Source: Octopus vulgaris | Taxonomy: Eukaryota | Reading direction: 5' to 3' | DNA length: 64,000 bases | Assembly (NCBI GenBank): GCA_951406725.2 | Contig: OX597817.1 | Coordinates: 139,252,001-139,316,000, forward strand | Shown here: piece by piece, positions 53,347-64,000 of the stretch | Layout: every line of letters starts with the position of its first letter | Position numbering within the stretch: the first letter of the stretch is position 1 | Position numbers and translations under genes: made by a program | The notes under the pieces: generated by a model | Told to the model about the DNA's origin: nothing | The model's database searches: none | Seen by the model: the letters and a program-made list of their open reading frames with translations, nothing else

Positions 53347-53503
53347 TTTATATCATATATTATATTTATACTAGCGGAACCCATGGAAATTCCACAGAAC
53401 GAAAAAGATTAAGAGAAACTATTTAAGAGAGAAAAGATAATTAGCATTTTTATTTTCATTTTTTTGTTAAGTTATTTCACTTCCGGTCATAAAAGTATAT
53501 ATC

Positions 53504-53730
53504 TATTTCTTTACTACCCACAAGGGGCTAAACACAGAGGGGACAAACAAGGACAGACATAGGTATTAAGTCGATTACATCGACCCCAGTGCGTAACTGG
53601 TACTTAATCGACCCTGAAAGGATGAAAGGAAAAGTCGACCTCGGCGGAATTTGAACTCAGAACGTAACGGCAGAGGAAATACGGTTACGCAATTCGCCCG
53701 ACGTGCTAACGTTTCTGCCAGCTCGACCTT
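53504..53730 (-). mobile_element. SINE family A
   Basis: Homology to 3845-4078. Confidence 0.9.
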
Positions 53731-53751
53731 AAACTTTCCCTCTGCTAATCA

Positions 53752-53799
<48 letters not shown>

Positions 53800-54204
53800 A
53801 ACAAACTTTTTAACCATCTAATTCTTTTCTTCATGTCTTTAACATTTCTCTCTTTCTCTTCCATGGCTATCTGCTCTCTCTCACTCCTCCCTGTCCTCCT
53901 CCTCCTCCTCGACGTCCTCCTCCTCTCTAATAAACTAAAGCGTAAAGCGTGAACGAATAATATAGATTTTGTTCTATAAAAAATACTTTTCACTATCAAC
54001 ACACCACCACCATCACCATCATCTTCATCATCATCATCACCACCATCACCACATCACCATCATCACCACCACCACTACCACCACCACCACTACCACTACT
54101 ACTATAGTTTTCGGTAACAAAACTCATTTCGTTTCAGTCCCGCTGTTTACTTTTTCTTGCTGTCGCTGTAACTCTACTTTGACAATACAAACGCTATTTC
54201 CCCC

Positions 54205-54332
<128 letters not shown>

Positions 54333-54644
54333 CAAACTGAACACGAATGCGTCGCCTTCGATGGGAGATTTCATTACATTATATATTACACACACACACC
54401 AGGATTCTTTCTTTACTCTTTCGTCCGACTTCTTAAGGAATTGTTGATTTAATATTGTCGTCGTTGAAGCCAAATTACAGAAATCAGTTCTATATTAGAA
54501 ATAGTTCTGTGTGTGTGTGTGTGTGTTTATGTTTCATTTTGCTAGTCTACTCAAAGTTTCGCCTCGAGATGGATTTTTCACAACTGGGTAAGGATCTTTT
54601 CATTCCTGAAGCCAGTTTTCCCGAAAAATTTTTTATCCTATATC

Positions 54645-54693
<49 letters not shown>

Positions 54694-54921
54694 TATATAT
54701 ATATAATTGATATAGGATAAAAAATTTTTCGGGAAAAAAATTTTATCAATGGCCAGCATATCAAAAAATGCCTTTAAAGGTAAAATTTATACATAATTTA
54801 CAAGATAAAGGCAGAAGAAAAATTTTAATGCCATATACGCCGAAACAAAATATTTGTCGATAACCATTAAATTTATGTGTCTCGAAACAAACCGATAGAA
54901 ATCTCTAAAAAATTCGTTATT

Positions 54922-54979
54922 ACCGTATTGGTCCAATTTCGGGGTTAATTCACAAGAAATTTCCCCCTCTTCAGCGGCA
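54922..54979 (-). ncRNA. Type I hammerhead ribozyme with canonical core
   Basis: rc tgccg-CTGAAGA-gggg...cccc-GAAA-ttggaccaa-TA-cggta. Confidence 0.7.
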
Positions 54980-55076
54980 CATACGCGAGATATAAATGAA
55001 ATACTTATTCATACCCACGGAAGAAGCAAGCACCAAGTCCCGAGCAGACTTAAGTACCCCAAATATATCCAAATAG

Positions 55077-55148
<72 letters not shown>

Positions 55149-55407
55149 TAATAAATAAAATATATGCATACATACAAACATATATGTACGTACCGACATC
55201 TACATGTATATATACATGCATATATAAATATATATATACGTACAGGACATCACAAGAAGACGGAAAAATCAACAGAACGAAAACGGAGAAGACATTTTGT
55301 TACAACAGAAGGACAGAGACGTGGAACAAGACGAAACGAAAACGAAAACGGGAAAACAATTATGTGAAGCAGAAAAACGAAGTACAGGACATGCTACACA
55401 AGGAAAA

Positions 55408-55452
55408 ATCCCCTTCATCAGCTGTCGCTAGCAGACACGTGTTTCGAAGGCA
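55408..55452 (-). ncRNA. Hammerhead-like motif with permuted (type II) topology
   Basis: rc ccttc-GAAA-cacgtg-TC-tgctagcgacag-CTGATGA-agggg. Confidence 0.5.
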
Positions 55453-55536
55453 GAGACAGAACACGTAAGGTCAAGCTAGACCTTCCTACGAGAGAATTAA
55501 AATAAAATAAACTCGTAGAGGGGTAAACGAGCAGGA

Positions 55537-55602
<66 letters not shown>

Positions 55603-57004
55603 GTGAACACACACAACACACTGATGTATAAGTATATATATAAATATATATTAATTTTTCATTTATATATGTATATATAAGTATATATGTGTATTCTGTA
55701 TTATGTGTGTATGTATATATATATATATACACACATGTATATGTATATATCATGTAAATAGTAACTCAGTCACTCTCGACGATGAGTGCGCGAGAATTGT
55801 TCGTCCGATTCAGTTGCATACTCATTTAATCATATTCCAAAACAAGAAGGCTACTCTTTCATATCCAATTGGCAATTATAAACGGAACCAAAATCACACC
55901 CAAACATAAATAAAAGAAATATTTCCTTGCAAGCATAATTAATACAACGTCTAGGATTAACAGCATATTAATTCAAAATAAGGTACCTTCGACATTGGTA
56001 GACATTTCGTAATCGTGTTAGACGTACCGAAATTAGTTTGTCCGGATATATGAATAGAGTCTTAAAAGTAAGTTTTTAATGTCGACATTAAATAGACATT
56101 AGTGTACTTTCGCAAACAGTCCACCAATTCAGACTGATCTTTATTCTACCTTTCTGAATCATATGAAATATCATTTTCAAATCTCTTTCTTCTTAATCAA
56201 AATTCTGAATTAATATCTAGTTGCATGAAAAAAATTCAATTTAGATGTTATTATCTTAAAAAAAAAACACAGAACAACTATTATCCTACCCAAAAGGGAA
56301 CTGTCTTGTCTCTTTATGCAAATTTATGTTAATAATTCAACATTTCACATTCTCTTTGATAATCTTAATTTCATTTTGATTCTTTACTTTTCTTATATAA
56401 TAGCATGAAATATAGATTGCAATGTTTTAGGCGGTTTGGAATCAGCTTATTTATAATAGACCAGAGATAGCGAAGAGTGACTTTCTGAAGTAAGCTATTC
56501 CTTACGAATGACGAAAAGTTACAGTCGTAAATTTGCGTGTAGCATAGAAGTGAGAAATGTGTTCTCTCCGACCGTTTCTGTATGATTTAATATTGCGAAT
56601 ACCTCTTACTATATTTTATAAACTAGAGGTAGATGCTTCATACAGGAAGTAATTCGTTTCATTCTTTAGCTCCATCTCACATTCGTTATGCTGCAGCAGG
56701 GCGGTGTTACTGCATATGTACCAAGACGGAACAAGATCTTGAAATGCTGTAATTTACCAGTGAATTAAATGTTTCAACCTGAATCATTTGAGGCATTCGG
56801 GAAAGCCAGATCACTGATAATGAAGTTTTTTGTCAGCGTTAACGTCCCTATTTATCAAAGTATTAAGCGATGCTTGTGACAGTGCTTGGCTGTTGTACCA
56901 GCCATGCTCTCAGCGTCGCTATCACCTACAGCAATGCTCAGGGCGTTATTCCTCACCTGTTGTGTGGAATTCAGAGACAGAGTTGAACATGTTGGCTATT
57001 TTTA

Positions 57005-57402
57005 TTCTTTTCTACTCTAGGTACAAGGCCCGAAATTTGGGGGGAGGGGGCCAGTAGATCAGATCGACCCCGGGACGCAACTGGTACTTAATTTATCGAT
57101 CCCGAAAGGATGTAAGGCAAAGTCGACCTCGGCGGAATTTGAACTTAGAACGTAAAGACAGACGAAATACCTATTTCTTTACTACCCACAAGGGGCCAAA
57201 CACAGAGAGGACAAACAAGGACAGACAAACGGATTAAGTCAATTATATCGACCCCAGTGCGTGACTGGTACTTATTTAATCGGCCCCGAAAGGATGAAAG
57301 GCAAAGGCGACCTCGGCGGAATTTGAACTCAGAACGTAGCGGCAGACGAAATACCGCTAGGCATTTCGCCCGGCGTGCTAACGATTCTGCCAGCTCGCCG
57401 CC
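57005..57402 (-). mobile_element. SINE A (57171-57402) joined into the head of SINE B
   Basis: Junction GACGAAATAC|CTATTTCTTTAC. Confidence 0.9.
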
Positions 57403-57556
57403 TTGTTGGCTATTTTTATTGACCAATTTCTTTTGTAAATTGCTTATGTTGTTTAATTGCTGCTGTTTAATTAATATTGCTTAATTAGGCGATCACCACT
57501 ACTTTATTATCTCCCCTTCTTCCTAGCTCTCCTGTGTGACCCCTCTGTCCAGCATT

Positions 57557-58275
57557 CGCCATGATAGATCGCTAGCCACTATACCTTTTTTTTATTTTCT
57601 CTCCCTGTTTATTTCTGTGTTCCTTCCTGTCGAAGAGCGTAGGCTCGGAACGTAAAAGACTTTCTCACTTCCCGAGCATTAAACTAATACATCTGTTTGT
57701 TGTTTACACACCCGTTTTCGTCGTTTGTTTTTTTTTATAACTTCTCACTATATATATATATATATATATATATCAATCAAAACTTTCACGGAAACACAAC
57801 TAACGGAAAATTTGACAGAAGCGAGAGAGATACATATACATATACATATAAGGATACATTTGTGTGTGATTGTATTATGTATATGTGTGTGTATGATATG
57901 TATATGTGTGTATATGTATGTGTTTGTTCTTATGATATAATTTTACATTGAACTGAAGAATAATACGTCTTGTAGAGAACAAATTTATTATTCTTTAACC
58001 TGATGATGACTCAGGAGACCAAACTTCGAAATTAGTCAATACAATTCATGTTAAAGAACTATGCACACACACACACACACGTATGTATATATATAGTCGC
58101 CATGCTTGATCGCTAAATCCACAAGTTTTTATTATTCCTTCTCTGTTTATTTTCTCTTATTCCTTTCTGATGAAGAGCGTAGGCTCGAAACATAAAAAGA
58201 CTTTCTTACTTTCTCGAGCGTCAAAACACCTGCTTGTTATTCATACACCTTTTGTTTTTCTGTAAATTTCCACTA
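57557..58275 (+). mobile_element. Two PLE pLTR family 1 copies (57557-57750, 58097-58275) with hammerheads at 57623-57658 and 58163-58199
   Basis: CTGTCGA and CTGATGA cores with the gagc gtag gctc stem II. Confidence 0.75.
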
Positions 58276-58942
58276 CATATATATATATTGGTTTCAAATT
58301 TTGGCACAAGGCCAGCAATTTCAGGGGTGTGGGTAAGTCGACTACATTGACTCCACCACTCAACTGGTACTTATTTTATCGACCCTGAAAAGATGAATGA
58401 CAAAGTCGATCTCGGTAGAATTTGAACTCAGAACGTAAAGACAGACGAAATGCCGTCAAGCAATTTGCCCGATGTGCCAATCATTCTATCAGTTCGCCAC
58501 CCTCACACACACGTACGCACAATTACATATACAACGAATCTGTGTGTGTGTTTGTGTGTGTTTTGTGTGTGTGCGTGCGTGTGCATGTATATCTATTCTT
58601 GTAAATATGAATGAATGCACACTTCTGTGTGCGTGCGTGTGTGTGGAATCCCCGCTGAGTTCCACTTGTGCTGCAGACAAATATATTAAAGATGGGCGGA
58701 TATTGAAGAAAGAAAATGCGAAGGGAGGGCAAGGGGGGAAATATAAAAAAATATCTCGAGCTGCGACAGAAAGAAAATTTAGCATCAATACAATAAATAT
58801 TAAAGAGAATTAATGAAAATGTTCAGTTAATGTGTTTTAGATTGCATTCCTGTGTTTATGTGTGAACACACACACACATTTACATACTTGTATATATATA
58901 TACATATATATATATATATACATATATATGTATGTATATATA

Positions 58943-58976
<34 letters not shown>

Positions 58977-59031
58977 ATGCACAGATATTTGCATACTTGT
59001 GTATATATACATATATATATATGTCTGCTAC

Positions 59032-59076
59032 TCTAGGCCGATGAAGGACAACGATCCAGAAACACGTGTCCCTAGA
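59032..59076 (+). ncRNA. Type I hammerhead ribozyme motif
   Basis: tctagg-CCGATGA-a-gga caacga tcc-a-GAAA-cacgtg-TC-cctaga; 6-bp stem I. Confidence 0.65.
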
Positions 59077-59400
59077 TGCAGCTTCGGTGGCCGGGGGTGT
59101 TTGTCTCCCCTTCGTAAATGTATATAAGGACACAGGGAAAAATGTGTCAAAGCCATCAGGAGGCGTCGATGCTTCCTAGGGCTATACAGCGGTGGTGTAC
59201 CCCCTACTGTCACGTTCGTGTTAGATTGACAGTATACAACCATTCTATCGCCCCACCACCGTACATGTCTCTATGAGAGATTTAGAAATTTAGTATTTCT
59301 TATATATATAGATATACACATATATATATGTATATATATATATATACATACATATATATATGTATATATATATATATATATACATACATACATATATGTA

Positions 59401-59454
<54 letters not shown>

Positions 59455-59635
59455 TATGTATATATATATATATATATACATATATATATGTATATATATA
59501 TATATACATACATACATATATATATGTATATATATATATATATATACATACATACATATATATATATATACATACATACATATATATACATACATACATA
59601 TATATATGTATATATATATATATACATATATATAT

Positions 59636-61250
59636 GGCGCTCCTGATGTCTTAGCAGCAATATGAAGCATAATTCAGCAGTAGTATATATTCCCTGCTTG
59701 TGTCTTGATATATCTAGCCAATCTGTGGCGGAACTCATATGCTGGATATATACATTCTATCCCAGTCTGTTGTCCCAGTTTTCAAAAAGGAAACAAATCG
59801 CTTGCCGTGAATTACCGTCCAATCTCACTCACCTCTCATATCATCAAGGTATTTGAGAGGGTGCTGATACTTCCTTGAGAGTCATAATATGCTGAACCCC
59901 AACCAGCATGGATTCCGTAATGGGAGAGATTGCCTGACGCAGCTACTGCATCATTTTGATGACATTTTGAGAGCCTTGGGAGAGGGTTCCAACACTGATG
60001 TCATCTACCTTGATTTCAGCAAGGCCTTTGACAGGGTTGATCATAAGATCCTTCTGAGAAAGCTGTCCAATATTGGTGTCACTGGAAAGCTGCTGCAATG
60101 GATCAAGTGCTTCCTCTCTAACAGAACCCAACATGTTGTAGTCGAAGGAGTCAAATCCAGCCCAGCCAAAGTCAGTAGTGGTGTCCCACAAGGCACTGTG
60201 TTGGGCCCACTTCTCTTCATCATCTACATAAATGATATTACTGACACCATCAAACACAGCAACATCAGAACCTTCGCTGATGATTCCAAGCTCCAGAAGG
60301 TCATCAATGGCGTGGATGACCGAATAAACCTTCAGTCAGACCTACTAGCTGTTGTCCAATGGGCGGAAAAGAATAACATGTTGCTAAATGAAGACAAATT
60401 CGAACTGATCCACTTTGGAAGGGAGGACGCTCTGAAACTCCCATACTCTCTTCCTTCTGGAGAAATTCTCATGGCATCCAACAACATCAGAGACCTGGGA
60501 GTAACAGTGGGCAACAACATAAGCTGGGCTACACATATAAGCAGCAAAGTTGACATGGCCCGCAGAATGTGTTCCTGGATTCTCAGAACCTTCCAGTCGA
60601 GAGATTCCCACGCTATTATCCTTCTCTTCTCCACTTTTGCCCGACCCCACCTTGAATACTGCTGTCCACTGTGGTCTCCCTACAAAAACAAAATATTATG
60701 AGAATTGAAGCTCCCCAAAGGTCAATCACAAAAAAGATAGATGGCATGTCAGACCTTGACTACTGGGGTAGACTAGAGAAGCTGAAATTGTATTCACTCC
60801 AACGACGCCGTGAACGCTACATTATCTGTATGATGTGGAAAATATTCCATCAGCACTGTCCGAATGATGTTGGCATCACCTTCAAAATGCATCCAAGGCT
60901 TGGACCACGTGCCATCCGTCCACAACAAAAATCTAAATCGCATCACATAACGACAATACGGCACAACTATTTCACCTCAATTGGACCCGCTCTCTTCAAC
61001 ATTACACCAGGACACGTCAAAAAAGAAACTGACCACACAAAATTCAAGAAGTCTTTGGACAAATTCCTTCAAACAGTACCGGACAAACCATCCACACCCG
61101 GATATGTCTCCGCAAACAATAACTCTCTGCTCGAATGGGCCTTGGTGCCCAAATCCTGAACTGAAAGACTTCGCCAGGTGGTGCTATTAAGTTAGACATG
61201 GCCTGGGCCAATACTGGCCAAAAACCTTTCTAAGTTATTCTAAGTTATTA
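59636..61250 (+). mobile_element. 5'-truncated CR1/L2-group LINE: RT domain to 3' end, frameshifted
   Basis: QHGFR, YLDFSKAFDRV, GVPQGTVLGPLLF, FADD, RDLGV, RPHLEY; tail (TTCTAAGTTA)2; embedded in TA-rich arrays. Confidence 0.92.
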
Positions 61251-61281
61251 TACATACATATATATATGTATATATATATAT

Positions 61282-61332
<51 letters not shown>

Positions 61333-61337
61333 CATAC

Positions 61338-61383
<46 letters not shown>

Positions 61384-61559
61384 GTATATATATATATGTA
61401 TATATATATACATACATATATATATATATATACATATATATACATATATATATATACACATATATATATATACATACACATATATATATACATACATACA
61501 TACATATATATATATATATACATACATATATATACACATATATATATATATATACATAC

Positions 61560-61602
<43 letters not shown>

Positions 61603-61987
61603 CATATATATATATACATATATATATATATACATACATATATATACATATATATACACATATATATATATACATATATATATATATGTATATATATATG
61701 TGTATATATATGTATGTATATACACATACATATATATACATACATATATATACACATATATATACACATATATATATATATATACATACATATATATACA
61801 TATATATACACATATATATATATACACATATATATACACATATATATACACATATATATATATATACATATATATATATACATATATACACATATATATA
61901 TATATACATATATATATATACATATATATATATACACACACATATATATATATACATATATATATATACATATATATATATACATAC

Positions 61988-62034
<47 letters not shown>

Positions 62035-62190
62035 CATATATATATATACATACATATATATATACATACATATATATATATATACATATATATATATACA
62101 TACATACATACATACATGCATATATATACATATATATATACACATACATACATACATACATGCATACATATATATATATATATATATATA
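61250..62190. repeat. ~0.9-kb imperfect (TA)/(TACA) microsatellite
   Basis: Directly visible; similar arrays at 34200-34680, 35925-36115 and 59300-59635. Confidence 0.95.
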
Positions 62191-62580
62191 GTCTTTTACA
62201 TGGTGGACAGGTTAGTTTGAGCTTCCCTACTACTATAATGTAAACTTTTTTTGAACTCATAATATTCTGTGCGTGTATACCAATATTCCACTGAACTTTT
62301 TAATAATTCCTTCTGGAAACTATCTTTAACATTTTCTTGAGAATGTATATATATGTTGTAATCTTTTGTGCCCAATATTTTAATGAACTTGTTAAACTTT
62401 CTTATGTCCTTAACATGTTCTTGTTACCAAAGACTGTATATATGCATTGTAGCATTTTGTGACAACTAATAATTAACACAACCAAACTTTTACATGTTAC
62501 TTTTGACAATTTTTTTCCAAAGAGTGAAACCGGTAAAGTAAATAAATATCTTTTAAAATTGTATTTTCAAACCTTCTTTC

Positions 62581-62622
<42 letters not shown>

Positions 62623-62689
62623 CATACATATATATATACACACGCACACACATTTACATACTTGTATATGTATATAACTACGCATAGAA

Positions 62690-63310
62690 GGATAAGCTTG
62701 TCAGGAAGGCCGAGGGTGTCTTGGCATCACTCAGCAGGTCTTTTGTTAGCCGCTCTCCAGCCATCTATTTAAAACTGTATACAGCTATAGTACGACCACA
62801 CTTGGAATTCGCATCATCAGTTTGGAACCCCTATCTTGCACAGAACATTGACCTCCTGGAATCTGTCCAGAGACGTGCAACCAAACGCATACCCTCCATC
62901 AGACACCTACCATATTCTGAGCGCCTTGTTTCCCTGGGCATGGATTCACTGAAGCTCCGGCGTTTGGCGACGGACTTGGTAAACACCCACAAAGTTATCA
63001 ACCACCTCACCAACAACAACACTGAACACCTTTTGATCTCCATGTGTCTAACACACGTGGACATGCCTACAAAGTCAGAAAACAATACAGCTCCCATGAC
63101 TTTCGGAAACATTTTTTCACGCTCAGAGTTGCTGAAGCATGGAATAAACTGCCTGCGTCAGTTGTTGACTGCCATGACACTGCATCTTTTAAGGCCCTCA
63201 TGCTTTCCGAAATCCGCCGAAACTACACCTGATTATATATACACTTTAGATGAGTTGTAGTGCACCTGAGCACTGTACACAATTATTATTATTATTATTA
63301 TTATTATTAT
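62690..63310 (+). mobile_element. CR1-like LINE 3' end with a (TTA)n tail
   Basis: LYTAIVRPHLEFASSVWNPY...LESVQRRATK; TRGHAYK; RVAEAWNKLP. Confidence 0.88.
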
Positions 63311-63454
63311 AAGCAAGTATGTATACATGCATGTGCGTGTATATATATGCACACACACACTTATATATTCATGGACCCACGCATGCATAAATATACATAA
63401 ATATATATACACATATATAATCAGATATATGTACTTATATACAAACGCATGTAA

Positions 63455-64000
63455 AAAGCACTAGGTCCACTCTGTCAGGTGGTCAGTGTTATTAGGAAAA
63501 GCATCCTGAAGTAAAAGACCCAGCCAAATAGGTGAAACCGGGTGCATTCTACCCTACCAGCCCCTGTCAAACCGTCCAACCCGTGCCAGCATGGAAAACA
63601 GATGTTAAATGATGATGATGATGATGATAGATATTAAAGGAATTCTTGTTATTTACAGAAAAGTTTGTCTTCGTCAGACATAACCATTTTGTAGTTTGGT
63701 TTTCTAACCACTTGTTTTTTAACAGACACCAAACAAAGTATCATTATCATTGTTTAACATCCTCTTTCCATGCTAGCATGGGTTGGACGATTTGACTTAG
63801 GTCTGGCAAACCAGACTCCAATCTGATCTGGCAGAGTTTCTACAGCTGGATGCCCTTCCTAACGCCAACCACTCCGAGTGTGTAATGGGTGCTTTTACAT
63901 GCCACCGGCATGAGGGCCAGTTTGGTGGTACTGGCAATGGCCACACCCAAATGGTGCTTTTTACATGCCACCTGCACAGGAGCCAGTCCAGCGGCACTGG
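63455..64000. mobile_element. Two RTE-type 3'-end repeats in opposite orientation (63455-63630 plus, 63745-64000 minus)
   Basis: CCGTCCAACCCGTGCCAGCATGGAAA...(GAT)n and its reverse complement TTTCCATGCTAGCATGGGTTGGACG. Confidence 0.65.

Noticed and set aside
61235-62260. Long Y/I/H/T/C/V/M-rich ORFs here and at 33-35 kb, 59.3 kb and 20.7 kb
   Set aside because: Translations of stop-free (TA)n, (TACA)n and (CA)n microsatellites, open in several frames.

Overview
AT-rich, microsatellite-saturated animal genomic DNA. The SINE families and repeat landscape suggest a coleoid cephalopod (Octopus-like), which is an inference. Almost all ORFs in the supplied track are microsatellite or transposon artefacts. 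One real host gene can be assembled on the minus strand. A signal-peptide exon (27824-27761, perfect GTAAGT donor, phase 1) joins across a ~22-kb intron to a phase-matched terminal exon (5812-5475). This gives a 133-aa secreted prepropeptide with KK/GKR/KRR processing sites, a predicted ...YFDVGL-amide and a CRH/DH44-reminiscent segment. A TATA/CRE/GC-box promoter lies at ~28.6-28.9 kb and a long fold-back lies downstream of the stop. The rest is mobile DNA: Penelope-like elements and more than 15 minimal hammerhead-ribozyme motifs of several families, R4/Dong-type LINE arrays in (TAA)n, a Tx1/L1 tail shared with a SINE that repeatedly inserts into SINE heads, Hero and CR1/L2-group LINEs, a nested Gypsy LTR element, hAT, Tc1/mariner, Helitrons, MITEs and a tRNA-Gln pseudogene. 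All calls were made by eye and element boundaries are approximate unless a TSD is given.
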